DNA of 64,000 bases from Myxococcota bacterium (GCA_049602155.1 JBMYRH010000009.1:95391-159390); one strand, 5' to 3'; positions 12,801-23,400 are shown, counted from the first letter of the stretch. The notes: generated from the sequence alone by a model not told the origin. Translations and numbers: made by a program.

Positions 12801-14255
12801 AACATGGGGCTCCTGCGCTTCATGAAGGACATGTTCAGTGTCATGGAGGGGCACATCATCGTGGCCCCGGATCGGTCGACAGCCCTCGCGCTCGGAGACG
12901 ACGCTTGTCTGCCTCGCGGTGGCGACGTCACGGAGGTCGACCCTAGCGTCTTACGGCTCCAAGGAGAGCTCTTGAGCCCTAAGCTGAGCGGTAAGCTTGA
13001 GATGTCCAAGATCCTCCTCACACCTCGAAACTTTGGCAGGGATGTCGAGCTCGCCGATGGCTCGACGGTCATCTTACGGCCGGGCACAGAGCCCGGCATG
13101 CAGAGGGTCTCCCTAGGCAAGGACAAGGACTCTCGTGTGAAGGGCACCTTGGAGGACGGTCAGTTCGAGGTCTGGGGTGAGCTGATGTTGAAGCACCTCT
13201 TCTTAGACTCGGCGGAGATTAAGGCTGTCGGGACCGAGATCTTCTATGCCTCTCCAGGTGAGTACAACATCACGATTAACCCGGAGCTGAGCTTGGCGGT
13301 CACCGACTTCATGGATGACGAGCGCCGTAAGCTCTTGCTCTCCGGCAAGACACAGATCACCGAGGGGATGTACTACAGGAGCTTTGACTCTCTCGGCCAA
13401 GCGATCGGAAATATCGCGGGGAGTGGCGGTGGCAAGACTCATGAGTTGCCCCTCGTCGAGCGCGTCCCCTGGCTCAAGTCCTTGGTGATGGACCTCAACG
13501 TCTTCGGCAGCACCTTCGAGATCACAAGCCCTTACACGGGGGGCTCGGCGGCGGTTGATTCGCGCTTTGATCTCCGGGTGACCGGGACCCTCGAGGAGAT
13601 GTCGATCTATGACCGGCTTCAGCTCATCCCTGGTGGCATCGTCAGCTACGACCTGATCGACCGAGAGTTCGAAGTGGTCCAAGGGACTGTGGACTTCCGA
13701 GGTGACCTTGGGGCACCCGAGATCGACCTCGAATTGGCGACCGACGTCGCCTATGAGATCACGACCGGGGTCGAAGATCAGGTGGAGGAGCGCGAGGTGA
13801 CTGTCAGCGTGCGCATCTCTGGGATCCCCCCGAACCTCGACATCGAATTCTGGTCCAAGGACAGCACGGGCTTGGACCAAGCTGACCTGCAGTCACTCAT
13901 CTTGACCGGTAGCCCGCGCACAGAATCGGCCTCGCTTCAGGATTCGTTAGGTATCAGCTTTGATTTTAGTCAGTTCCTCTCATCGGTGCTCAAGGCGCCT
14001 TTCTTTGAGGCGTTCAAGGCGCGCGTCGGTCCGCAAGGTACAGTCACGACGCAGATCGTGACGGAGTTCGGGCGCGCCGTGCAGCTTCACACCAAGGTCA
14101 CCCAGGCGGCGACCGAGACGCGAGTCCGCGCCGGCTTCCAGTTTCAGCTCTCGGACAACTTGTCTCTGGAGGGCACCCTGCAGCGGACAGATAGAGCCCA
14201 GAACCCGACTCAGACCTATGAAGCTCGCTTCAAGTACAGGATCCCAATCGACTGA
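9852..14255 (+). CDS. TamB/AsmA-like giant inner-membrane-anchored translocation-and-assembly protein (1467 aa).
   Basis: N-terminal signal-anchor (LYLGFKLVMTGLFMAYLLVARSFLYILTLYVAVYF). The rest is long, beta-rich and low in Cys. It is translationally coupled (TGATG) to the downstream Omp85 gene. Assignment is by architecture and neighbourhood, not by a named motif. Confidence 0.55.
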   Translation: MMAALFRALRRTLYLGFKLVMTGLFMAYLLVARSFLYILTLYVAVYFVSGHSATKHFVQQAVSSEVPGFITVGTMQWGPMPWSITLAGSRVHGEHTQQVIHVEMFEAEVDWASTAAAVTRMMVVPDAPIPILMRHVHIVKPTIHMTSSEEGLDFTRAFHIPTGGPSNPPKKTIRIDHATIEGARIRIDFPEIRMDAEGIDLHLAHFLLENIDDVNFLVSRAHIDTFDFHMRPHFRPFPSLDRLTMPVRNLAITRFQFVLNRFEALKVEGELDGGKMLASIAMDFVRGQTPLWKTRMNLDLPETSTILPDLFGGHVRGALTADIEGQGSMDELNLAISGRSPTMKLLGHDVADLAMELTIAPEVTPEGRINHPFVLHSLSGDTLGGRVEAGPFRYVMRWAEPAAPNAQGLTMPGHGTRHAFGGTLKLDGVDPWEFLQPLDLGLDLESLPLLSGSAVGTLHVNGYIDEETHRFVLDGATDRLGYSWNGASNWPLNKVFELSGGLGLSLGEVGSTDPVDGVFAPHRLLTFEEMRLTSSGDAVVLDAELDLTRGRVDAYADVRVRELRRFLAPFGVDTVAGRAHLARLRITETFTNPTVETFATINGAELSGNPMGTLTSHVALHDGLLKIKGMKTEAPWGKASANGHMQLWNGAITSPDPNLPFVVNDARVDNLQLKNLLPQIGLSARVSVNADRISGKAVRLIDTVEGSGTVRATDLKMGPDSAKLFTAELIANSRMLKAKEVEITLASGDLIQGNVMMTKGGRQFSAQLKTDELPLTAIKWFGQQGVNLGGRVSADLSLDGTLEKPILIGTLATYDFSLDPIFMGDGSFSITTAQDGRIELSALENFPGMSLLEGSHVVVNRGVPTYANFRVKAEDAKVYEVLPFLAIDDTELTATAMVEIDLWPGRDGDTWQVLVDAMPGDVGLSLFDGELEYDNLSELFMVMTPRELLIEPVALGVDLDDAILVCGTFQEEALWDLQVGGRLNMGLLRFMKDMFSVMEGHIIVAPDRSTALALGDDACLPRGGDVTEVDPSVLRLQGELLSPKLSGKLEMSKILLTPRNFGRDVELADGSTVILRPGTEPGMQRVSLGKDKDSRVKGTLEDGQFEVWGELMLKHLFLDSAEIKAVGTEIFYASPGEYNITINPELSLAVTDFMDDERRKLLLSGKTQITEGMYYRSFDSLGQAIGNIAGSGGGKTHELPLVERVPWLKSLVMDLNVFGSTFEITSPYTGGSAAVDSRFDLRVTGTLEEMSIYDRLQLIPGGIVSYDLIDREFEVVQGTVDFRGDLGAPEIDLELATDVAYEITTGVEDQVEEREVTVSVRISGIPPNLDIEFWSKDSTGLDQADLQSLILTGSPRTESASLQDSLGISFDFSQFLSSVLKAPFFEAFKARVGPQGTVTTQIVTEFGRAVQLHTKVTQAATETRVRAGFQFQLSDNLSLEGTLQRTDRAQNPTQTYEARFKYRIPID

Positions 14256-17200
14256 TGTCTTCGGCCCTCCCCATACTCATCGCGCTGGCCGCGGTCGCCC
14301 AGAGTCCGGCGCCGTCTACGGCCGCTCCGTCGCTGGATCCACAGCCGGTTGAGGAGGCGGCGACCGAGGTGAAGGAGTTGCCTTCGCTGGACGAGGTCGC
14401 GCCGACGCTAGAGGTCACACAGCCCGTCGAGGCTGCGCCGCCTCACCCCTGTGTTGGCACATCGCTCTACTCGGTGCGCTTGGCGGGCTGTCGTGGACCT
14501 GTCTGCGACTCGGGAGAGATGCGCGCGGGCTTTGTGACCATCACCGACATCGAGCCGGGCCAGACCCTCTCTGCGAATGATGTGTCAGTGGCTATCGCGC
14601 GCCTTGAGGCGACGGGTTTCTTCCGGAGCGTGGCCCTAAAGTGCACGCGAAAGGGAGATCAACTGGCCCTCGTTGTGACGGTTGCGCCGCATCGCTTCGT
14701 CCGCAAAGTCTCGATCCGAGGCAACCAATTCTTCCGTGAGAGCGAGCTGTCTAAGCGCGTGACATTGCACAGCGGCGACGCCTTGAACGTCGAGCCGGGG
14801 CAAGAGTCAGACAGCGAGACCTTGAAGCGGCTCGTGGAGAGCTTGAAGGCCCTCTATTACAAGGAGGGACTTGAGGATGTGCGCTTTGACGTGAAGGTCG
14901 CGCTGATCGATGAGACCACGGTCGACCTCTCTGTCGAAATCACGGAGGGTGAGCGAGACCGCGTACGCTCCTTGGACATCGCCCATCAGCCGGCGGTCGT
15001 CACGCAGCGTGGCGCGATGAAGTGCCCCAGCGTGGAGCCTCGCAAGCTGAGCGCGCTCGTCGGCGTGAACGTTGGAGAGGTGGTCACGGAGCGTCAGCTC
15101 CGCGAGATGAAGCGGCGCCTGAAGAACTTCTTCCAATCGATTGGATTTGAGCGGCCTGACATCGAGGCTGATATCGTCGGCGATCCCTTGGTGCTCCGCG
15201 TCCGTGTCAAGACGAACCAATGCTGGCTGGTTCGAGTGTGGGAGCGTGAAGCCACTTCCTTGAGCGCCTCCCGTGCGGAGCCCGCGTTTCGCTTTCGTGA
15301 CCCGGTGGATACCGACGAGAGCTTCACGGACCCCGCACCGTATGAGCGCAGTCGACTTGAGCCATGGCGCGGCCTCTTGCCCTTCTATGAGTCCGGCGTC
15401 TTTGAGCGTGAAGAGGCGCTGCGTGGCGTGGAAGTGATTCGCGCGATTTTGGCCAGCCAGGGATTCCTCTTCGCCGATGTACGGCTTGAGCATCGGGTGT
15501 TGCAGACGCGCGATAAACGTCGCAATTCGGTGGGTGCATCGCCTGTGATGGGCACGATCGATTACTACCTCACCCGGAACTATGAGCGCCGACTTCAGGG
15601 GCTGACCTTTGAAGGACTGGAGAGCTTTGAAGAGGAGGTCTTGCTGAGCGTGATGGATACCCAGATGTATGATTTCTTGGGTGACCCTGGCGCGATTCAG
15701 ATCCAGAAGGTCCTCTACGACCTCACGAAGGTGAAGCGCTATTATCAAGAGCGTGGCTTCTATGCGTTCCGTTATGCGCTGACTGGAGAGCCTGAGCAGC
15801 GGAGCCCTCGGCGTGTGCGGCGCACGGAGGGCGACTCTGTCGTGTGGGAGTACCGCTTCCGAGATCGTGGCTTCAGGATCCGAAAGCGTAAGGGGCAGAT
15901 GGTCCTCTATCTAGAGATCCCGCTCATCGAGGGGCCGCAGACAAAGGCGACCAAGATCAACATCTTCGGGGCTAAGAGCTTGCCACCGATTTTGGCCAAG
16001 CTGTTGCTTGAGATTGAGACAGGAGGGGCCTACGGAAAGGTCATGCTTGAGTCGGGCCTCAAGCGTATCAAGCTCTGGTACTCCCAACGCGGCTACCATC
16101 AGATGAAGGTCTTCCCCACCTGCAAGGCCTATGATCCGGAGCCTGAGAACGGCGATTGCGACCCCTTCAACGTGCGCTCAGGCAAAGTGGAGATGGTCTA
16201 TCGCATCGATGAAGGCCCTCAAAGCAGCGTCGGTGAGATCTTCTGGCGCGGCAATTTCCGCACGGATCCAGAGGTCTTATTGCGCGACCTGCCACAGCCT
16301 GGTGATCCGTATCGTGCAGAGGATATCGCGACGGCTGCTCGGAAGCTCCGTAACCTTGGCGTCTTCAATTCGGTCAAGATCACCCCCATCGGCATCGATG
16401 AGACCCCGGCGCGAGATGAGATCGCGCTCCTCGTCACGGTCGAAGAGGGTAGGACGCGCTTCATCGATCTCGCGGTTGGTTTCCGCACCATCGATCGGGA
16501 CAGTGACGCGGGCACAAAGGCGCCCGCGTGGTTGGGCTCGATCATCGGTCAAGCGACAGCAGCCTCTGACCGATCCACCAACGGGTTGGCGCGGGGCAGG
16601 GCGCTCGGCTTGCCCGATGTCTTGCTCAAGGTGGAGGCGGAGTACCTTGAGTACAACTTCCTGGGCTTGGGCTGGCAGTTCACTTTGCCCGTGCAGTACG
16701 GGTTCTCGACGAGCGATCCGCTGCGCCTTGGTTCGTTGACCCCGACCATCCGTATCCCGCGGCCAGGGGGCACGGACTTGGAGACGGAGATTAAGCTCCT
16801 CGCGGAGATCGACCGGGTCAATGACCAGATCGATCGCACCGAATTCGGCCTCTATTCGTCACTCAATTGGCCGCTCATGGATCAGATGACCCTGGGGTTC
16901 GCGCTCGACTTTGGGATGATCTGCTTTAAGCAGCCGGGAGACAGCAACCCGATCTGTGATCTGGATGAGTACTCTCCTCAGTTCCGACCCTCAATCCGTT
17001 GGCGCTGGGACACTCAGAACAACCCCCTTAACCCCACCAAGGGCTTCACGCTCTCGGGCGAGTTTAAGTACATCTTCGGGCGCAGCAGTGACGAACTTAT
17101 CGGCCTTGAGACCGCCAATGATTTGGGCACCGAGTACGCCAATTTCTTGAAGTGGGAGACCAGCGCCGAGGTCGTGATAGACACGCGCATCGGACCGATC

Positions 17201-17761
17201 ATCGCGGCCTTTGTACGCTACGGTGGCAGCCATCAGATCGGCGGAGATGGTACGTCACTGCTCCCCGCCAACGAGATCTTCACGCTGGGGGGATCCAACG
17301 GTGTGCGAGGGTATACCGACCACGCCATCGGTCGCTATGACGCCGCTGGGCTCCTCGACCGTGGCTGGCTCGATGCGAACGGAAACCGCGTCGGCGCCAT
17401 CTACGATTATCGTCAAGATGGTGGCGGCAACGTGGTCCTCAACGGAAGCATGGAGGTTCGAATCCCGCTCGTGAAGCGAATTGGGCTCTGGGCGGCGACC
17501 TTTGTGGACGCAGGGGCGATCGCCCGAACGCACTCCGATATTCACCTTGAGAGCTTCCGTTTCTCCGCGGGCGCCGGCATTCGCTACCTCATCGGCAATC
17601 AGATCCCCGTGCGGCTCGACTGGGGGTTTGCGTTGGGCGACCCGCGCTGCACGGCTTGGTCCAGGACGGCGGACCTGTCCTCGGACACGCTCGCGGCGGA
17701 CGCCTGCGCCAAGGAAGAGGAGGGCAACCGCATTCACTTTGACCTGCTCTATCCGTTCTAG
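14255..17761 (+). CDS. Omp85-family outer-membrane protein (BamA/TamA-like) with extended N-terminal POTRA region.
   Basis: 1168 aa with a signal peptide (MSSALPILIALAAVAQSPA) and a Pro-rich linker. Repeated POTRA-like segments are followed by a C-terminal beta-barrel ending ...RIHFDLLYPF (terminal aromatic beta-signal). Confidence 0.75.
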   Translation: MSSALPILIALAAVAQSPAPSTAAPSLDPQPVEEAATEVKELPSLDEVAPTLEVTQPVEAAPPHPCVGTSLYSVRLAGCRGPVCDSGEMRAGFVTITDIEPGQTLSANDVSVAIARLEATGFFRSVALKCTRKGDQLALVVTVAPHRFVRKVSIRGNQFFRESELSKRVTLHSGDALNVEPGQESDSETLKRLVESLKALYYKEGLEDVRFDVKVALIDETTVDLSVEITEGERDRVRSLDIAHQPAVVTQRGAMKCPSVEPRKLSALVGVNVGEVVTERQLREMKRRLKNFFQSIGFERPDIEADIVGDPLVLRVRVKTNQCWLVRVWEREATSLSASRAEPAFRFRDPVDTDESFTDPAPYERSRLEPWRGLLPFYESGVFEREEALRGVEVIRAILASQGFLFADVRLEHRVLQTRDKRRNSVGASPVMGTIDYYLTRNYERRLQGLTFEGLESFEEEVLLSVMDTQMYDFLGDPGAIQIQKVLYDLTKVKRYYQERGFYAFRYALTGEPEQRSPRRVRRTEGDSVVWEYRFRDRGFRIRKRKGQMVLYLEIPLIEGPQTKATKINIFGAKSLPPILAKLLLEIETGGAYGKVMLESGLKRIKLWYSQRGYHQMKVFPTCKAYDPEPENGDCDPFNVRSGKVEMVYRIDEGPQSSVGEIFWRGNFRTDPEVLLRDLPQPGDPYRAEDIATAARKLRNLGVFNSVKITPIGIDETPARDEIALLVTVEEGRTRFIDLAVGFRTIDRDSDAGTKAPAWLGSIIGQATAASDRSTNGLARGRALGLPDVLLKVEAEYLEYNFLGLGWQFTLPVQYGFSTSDPLRLGSLTPTIRIPRPGGTDLETEIKLLAEIDRVNDQIDRTEFGLYSSLNWPLMDQMTLGFALDFGMICFKQPGDSNPICDLDEYSPQFRPSIRWRWDTQNNPLNPTKGFTLSGEFKYIFGRSSDELIGLETANDLGTEYANFLKWETSAEVVIDTRIGPIIAAFVRYGGSHQIGGDGTSLLPANEIFTLGGSNGVRGYTDHAIGRYDAAGLLDRGWLDANGNRVGAIYDYRQDGGGNVVLNGSMEVRIPLVKRIGLWAATFVDAGAIARTHSDIHLESFRFSAGAGIRYLIGNQIPVRLDWGFALGDPRCTAWSRTADLSSDTLAADACAKEEEGNRIHFDLLYPF

Positions 17762-18663
17762 AGGGGCGGGTCGCGCACCTCTTGCCGCGCGCGGAGGGCG
17801 TCGACGTAGTAGTGGGTGTCTTGACCCGGTTGGAGCTCCCCTGTTGAGATCTGAGCCTCAAGCCAAGCGATGAACTCGCCGACCTGAGGGCCAGGCTTGA
17901 TGTTCATGTCGCTGCAGAGCGCGCTCCCGAGCCGCGGAGGGAGGGTCGGTGCGGCGTTCGCTTTCGCATTCATCCGGGCGATCCGCTCGGTGAGCTCGGC
18001 CAGCTGGGCGCGAATCCTGCTCGCGCGCCTCGGCCGCTTGGTTGTGTAATCCGCGCTGCTAAATCGAAGCATGTCCTCAAGGTGCTCGCCTGCATCTCGG
18101 ATCAACCGTCGGATGGCGCGATCGCTCCAGCTCCCTTCGTACGCGTTCACGCGCGCGTGGTGCTCTACGACGAAGGCGATGCGCTCACGGCGCGCATCGG
18201 GCATATGAAGTCGTGCAGCGATGCCGTGGGTGAGCCAGGCCCCGAGCTTCTCGTGACCATGAAAGCTCACTTGGCCATGCCCAAAGATCGCGCGCGTCGC
18301 CACCTTGCCGATGTCATGGAGCAGTGCGACCCACCGCAGATCTGCGTCCACTGGGGTGCGCTCTAAGACCTCGAGCGTATGTGACCAGAGGTCTTTGTGA
18401 TGCACCGGCGAACTCAAGTGAAAGTTCACCAAGGCGTGCACCTCGGGGAGCCACACTGCCAACGCCCCTGTGGACTCCAACCACTGAAGTGCCGCCCCCG
18501 CGTTCGGACCCGTGAGCACCGTGTCTAGGCACGTCAGGGCACCAGGGGACTGCACATCGATGAGCCTGCCGATGTCACGGCGAATGCCTGCCTCAGTCGG
18601 AGGGGCAGTCGTCCCATTGGCGATGGCTGGGGCGAGCGTCAGGATGTCGGCGGGCACCGTCAT
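17758..18663 (-). CDS. HD-domain phosphohydrolase family protein.
   Basis: 301 aa. H..HTLEV....ALLHDIGK (HD motif) and VVEHHARV. Its stop overlaps the Omp85 stop region (convergent). Confidence 0.65.
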   Translation of the reverse strand: MTVPADILTLAPAIANGTTAPPTEAGIRRDIGRLIDVQSPGALTCLDTVLTGPNAGAALQWLESTGALAVWLPEVHALVNFHLSSPVHHKDLWSHTLEVLERTPVDADLRWVALLHDIGKVATRAIFGHGQVSFHGHEKLGAWLTHGIAARLHMPDARRERIAFVVEHHARVNAYEGSWSDRAIRRLIRDAGEHLEDMLRFSSADYTTKRPRRASRIRAQLAELTERIARMNAKANAAPTLPPRLGSALCSDMNIKPGPQVGEFIAWLEAQISTGELQPGQDTHYYVDALRARQEVRDPPL

Positions 18664-18687
18664 GGGCCGTGCTTACGCGAACGTTCG

Positions 18688-18996
18688 TCAGTTGGCCAGG
18701 ATCGGTTGCATGTCGAGGTACGCGAAGAGGGTGTCGAAGTAGGCCCGCACCAGCGTCTCTTGGACCTCAAGGGGCGAGCCAGCGACCCATTCACGTTGCT
18801 CTCTCGCGTCCCCAGAGGTCTCCACAGCATCGACGACCGTTCGAAGCCTTGCGGCAGCATCGGGTGACAGGGATGGACCATCTGCGCGACGCATCGTGAA
18901 GCGCACCAGCTCTGGCTCGAAGAGGGGGTGATGACCACTCAACCCTTGGCAAAGCAAGGTGCCCCAAGCGTCGGATTCTGTACGCGGAGATAACAT
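18688..18996 (-). CDS. Hypothetical small protein (102 aa).
   Basis: Non-low-complexity ORF downstream of... upstream of the HD gene on the same strand. No motif support. Confidence 0.3.
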   Translation of the reverse strand: MLSPRTESDAWGTLLCQGLSGHHPLFEPELVRFTMRRADGPSLSPDAAARLRTVVDAVETSGDAREQREWVAGSPLEVQETLVRAYFDTLFAYLDMQPILAN

Positions 18997-19093
18997 GCCA
19001 TATATGGCACCATAGGTGTCGCGTCCTGTCCAGTGGGGTTTCGATACGCGTCAACCTTGAATCCAGGGTGGAGGATCGACTAGCTTCGTGGCC

Positions 19094-20392
19094 ATGAATG
19101 CACGCCCCCTATTGTTCGCCTTGTCCCTCTTTTTGCTCCCGTCTGCAGGCGCCTGCGTGGACGTCGGGACTGACCCTGGCCCCGAGCCCACGGTGCCGGA
19201 CATCGAGGAGCCTACGGTGGAGGGCTGCGAAGAGGCGGAGCAGCAGACGTATCGATGCCGCGACAACGAAGAAGAGGTCCAGATCTGTAAAGAGGCCGCT
19301 GTGGGTGAGTTCGTCTGGGATACGATCGACTTCTGCGAGGAGGATCAGGGCTGCTTTGCGAGCCCCTTGAACGCCTACCCCGCCTGCATGTCGAAGTTCG
19401 ACTGCTATTCTGTGGTCTACGAGCTGATCTCATGTGACAGCGCCCCTCAGCTGGGCGCTTATGATCGCATTGAGTGCAGAAACGGTGTGGAGCGCCTGGC
19501 CCTCGATGATAGCTATCAGGACCTCTACACCTGCTATTACGACTTCAACTGCCACGAGACGAAAAACCCGACCGACTGCGTCATGGAGCGGTGCAGTGAC
19601 TTGCTCCTCGCGTGCGTGGAGGGTGAGGCAGGCCCCCCAAGAGCCGGTAGTGAGGCATCGAGCCCAGAGCCCAGCATCCCAGATGAGGGTGGAGCCGACG
19701 TGTCAGAGGAAACGGAGGATCCCGGGGTGGGAGCCGATGCGTCGAATGATGAAAGTGTCGATGCCGTCTCAGCCGAGAACCCTCCCGGAGCACTTGAGGT
19801 GCCCGAGGGGTGCGAGGTGGACTTCATCACCTGCGTCTCGGGTTGCGTGCCGACCTGCCTCGCAGACTGTGACTCCAGTACCGAGGGCCCGGTGACGGAC
19901 TACGCGCACGGCCTTTGTCAGCAAGAGTGTCCCTCGAGCTGTGTCGAGACGTGCGCAGCGGAAGAAGATCATATGGGGCCGATGGAGCTCTTGGGCATGG
20001 GGAACTGTGCGACCCAATGCGCCAACGTCTCGGGCATGTCGATTCAAGCATGTTTGCTGCAGCAATGCCCTCAGGCTGTCGCGCCTTGCTTCCAGGGCAC
20101 CTTTGGGAGCTCAGAGGTGTGCTCGGAGACCGTTGAGTGTCTGTTCCAGTCAGTCTCTGCTGAGCCTGTCACCTCGACCCTTGAGTGCGCCGCAGAGGCT
20201 ACCCAAGACACCCTGGATCAGGCGGTCGCAGTGCTCGCCTGTGTGTCTGAAGCGACCCGGGCAGGCGAGCCATGCGCTTGGGATGCCTCCTCTCTCCCGT
20301 GGGCCGATCATGTGGCCGCGGAGGCCGCGTGCTTCGCCGAGGCTTGCGGTCCTGAGCTCTACAGTTGTCCCAGCGACCTGTTCGGTAACTGA
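19094..20392 (+). CDS. Acidic Cys-rich lipoprotein, hypothetical (432 aa).
   Basis: Signal peptide plus lipobox (MNARPLLFALSLFLLPSAGAC). About 40 Cys spaced as CxxxC/CC pairs. There is a central acidic low-complexity linker (PEPSIPDEGGADVSEETEDPGVGADASNDES). ATG 19094 is chosen over the upstream GTG 19088. Confidence 0.7.
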   Translation: MNARPLLFALSLFLLPSAGACVDVGTDPGPEPTVPDIEEPTVEGCEEAEQQTYRCRDNEEEVQICKEAAVGEFVWDTIDFCEEDQGCFASPLNAYPACMSKFDCYSVVYELISCDSAPQLGAYDRIECRNGVERLALDDSYQDLYTCYYDFNCHETKNPTDCVMERCSDLLLACVEGEAGPPRAGSEASSPEPSIPDEGGADVSEETEDPGVGADASNDESVDAVSAENPPGALEVPEGCEVDFITCVSGCVPTCLADCDSSTEGPVTDYAHGLCQQECPSSCVETCAAEEDHMGPMELLGMGNCATQCANVSGMSIQACLLQQCPQAVAPCFQGTFGSSEVCSETVECLFQSVSAEPVTSTLECAAEATQDTLDQAVAVLACVSEATRAGEPCAWDASSLPWADHVAAEAACFAEACGPELYSCPSDLFGN

Positions 20393-20408
20393 GCTTCGAG
20401 AACAGGCC

Positions 20409-23400
20409 TCAGGAGATCTTCTGACCCGTGAGGCCAAGGATGGCCTCATTGTCCGGCGTGCTGACCCACGTCTTCCGCTTCTCAGCGTCCTCGATCGTGC
20501 CGGCGATACTGCGGAGCGCGTCGACGGCTTGCAGCATCAACGCGTCTGCTGCCTGCTTCCGCCCCACGCCTCGCCTCGCCCGACTCAGGACGAAGAGCAG
20601 CTGATGGGTAAAGCGCGTCCAACCCGTCTTCCGTTGACCTAACTGAAGGGCGTCCTCTGCGAGCTGCAGTCCTTCGACAGGCTTCCCTGCCTTGATGAGC
20701 GCTTGAGAGCCGTAGGCAGAGGCGCGCGCAGCGCGACCAAACGCCTGGCGTCTCGTCGCTTGAATGACCAAAGAGTGCGCCTCTTTGGCCATCTTCGCCG
20801 CGACGGCCGCGGGGGCCTTCTGGAGGCTGAGGTTCATCAGCCCGAGGCGCGCGTCGGCCATCAGCATCCAATCAGGTGTGTCGCGCACGATCGCCGTGAC
20901 CCTCTGGAGTCGGTCAGCCGCCTCACCACGACGGCGCTCAAGCTGAAGGGCCGCGGCTTCGGCCAAGAGGGCCTGGCCCATGGCCACGGCGTCCGCGTCG
21001 CGCTCGCCGAGCTGGGCAGCTTGCTCCGCATGATCCCGGGCGGAGGCCGCCCAGCCGAAGTCGACATGGAGACGCGCGAGGTCAAGCTCGACACGAGAGG
21101 AGAGCCCGCGCACGTGGTCGGCTGGCAGCTCGATAGAGACCTCGATGAGCGCCTCTAGGGCGGCCTCTGGTCTCCCTGCCTGGACGAGCAAGCGCGCAGC
21201 TAAGATATCTGCGGTGAGTTCATGGTTGCGCTCTCCAGCTTGCTCTGCTGCGGTGCGGTACTCATCGACAGCTTGCTGAGCATCACGAGTCCACTCAAGC
21301 TCCGTTAAGATCTCCGCCAAGGCGCCCATCAGCCGCATCCATACTGCAGGCCGAGGACGTTCACCCTTGCGCGCGTCCTGGATCGCCTGAAGCGCGCCGG
21401 CCGTGTCACCTGTAGCATAAGCGCTCATGACGCGCGCCCAGCTCCGCAGACCGAGGGCATCCACACCGGGGCGACCAGGCTCAAGGGCGACGCGCGCCTC
21501 GGCCTGTCGCGCCATTCGTGTCCAATCCTTTTGCTCAAAGGAGGAGACCACCTGGGTCTCCAGAGCGAAGGCGAGGGTGGGCATATGGGCGGCCTCGGTG
21601 CCCACCTCGACGAGCGCTGCGCTGGCCTTGTCGAAGGCGTCGAGATCTCCCTCCTGCATCGCATGACGGACACGGGCCTTATAGAGCATCGCCCGCCATC
21701 GCCACGCTTCATCAGCCTCCTCGGGTCCAAGTTGCCGCTCGAGCAGCTCCTCCGCTTGATCGAGGAGCGCCGCGGAATGCGCTGCAGCGTCTGCGCCTCC
21801 GGACTCTGACGCGGCGACGACGAGGTGGGGGGCGGCGAGCACAGGCCGGTCGGAGAGGATGAGGTGATCGGCGACGAGCTTACGTTGGCCGTTGAAGCGC
21901 TCCTCAGCGTGGATAGCGCGGGCCAGCCGGCGGTGGAGCTGTTGACGCTCCCCGCTGGGCAGCGACTCATAGATGCCCTGCCGCCAGCGATCGTCACTGA
22001 CCAGCAGCATGCCGTCGCCTTGTGACGCTAAGACGCCATCGGTCAGCAGCGAAGGTACGTACTCGGCGTCGTCGTCGAAGTAGCGCTCAATGATGGTCTC
22101 AGGGAGCGCCTGCTGGAGGATCGCGAGGAGGGCGTCTAGACGCCCAATCTCGTCGCCGCTTGGTGCAGCCAGGGTCGCGTCGACACCCGCTTCCAAGACA
22201 TAGCCGCCGCCCACGCGCTTCAATGTGCCGCGTCGGAAGAGGTCGTGCATGACGGCGATGAGGCCCGCGGGGGCCCCCTTAGCGGACTCGTGGAGGCGCT
22301 TGAGCTGCTCGGGGCCGATGACCCCGCGACCTACGGTTCGCTCCATCCACAGCGCGGTTTGCTCTAAGCTGATGGGTTGAAGGGGGACGACCGTCGCCTC
22401 TTCCATCTTGATGAATTGTTCGAAGGCGTCTGGCGCCGTCGGCTCCTCGTCTGGGTTCACGCTGGCCATGACGCGCAGCTTCTCGTTTCTCGCTGCAGTG
22501 AGGGCAGCCTGTAACACCGCGATACTTGAGCGGTCGGCGCGCTGCAGGTCCTCGATCACCAAGAGCGTCGGGCCATGAAGCCGCGTCAGCATGGTCGCCG
22601 CACCACTGCAGCCTCGAAGCAGCTCCTCATTCTCGTCAGGGTTCTCTGCTTGTCGCAGCCTGCTGAAGATGTCGATGGCGGGCTTGAGGCATTCCAGTGG
22701 ACCTTCTGTGCCCGTGAACCGGAGGCGAATGACGCGCGATCCACCGACCGCGCCTCGGTCTGCGAGCTCATGGAGCAACCAAGAGGCGTCGTATCCGCCG
22801 GGCGCGCGCGCGACGAGCAGCCGGGGTCGGTCGGTCTCGATCGCCATGCCTGGCTTGAGCCAGGAGAGGCAGCTGTCGCCGGCCCCCAAGAAGTCATCAC
22901 GGCCTGGAAATGGGCTCGACTGCAGGTGCTTACCGAAGGCGCTCTCGGTCTCGATCAGCGGCGTCTGCTCTGTGGCCTCGCAAAGACGCACGAGCACCTC
23001 GTGGGCGTGCGATGGTCGGTTGTCTGGGTCGGGTGACAGCAGCTCATAGATGAGCGCCTCGACGCCTGGGGGGCAGTCCGGGTGGGAGATCTTCGGCGGC
23101 TGGTTCTTGAGGCGCGCTTTGAGGAGCTCGTTCTCGTCGCTCCCTGACCAGGGGCGCTTCCGCTCCACCAGCTCGTAGAGGACCAAACCGAACGCGTAGA
23201 GGTCAGAGCGCTGATCGAAGGGGTCGCCGGCGAGCATCTCGGGGGCACAGTACTCGGGCGTCCCGATGAAGAACCCCTCTGGGGCCTTACCCAATCGGGT
23301 AGCGACCCCGAGGTCGATCAGACGGCAGGCCCGGTCTCCCGTGTCTTGCATGTCGACGAGGACGTTGCCTGGCTTCAGATCTCGATGCAGCCACCCCATG

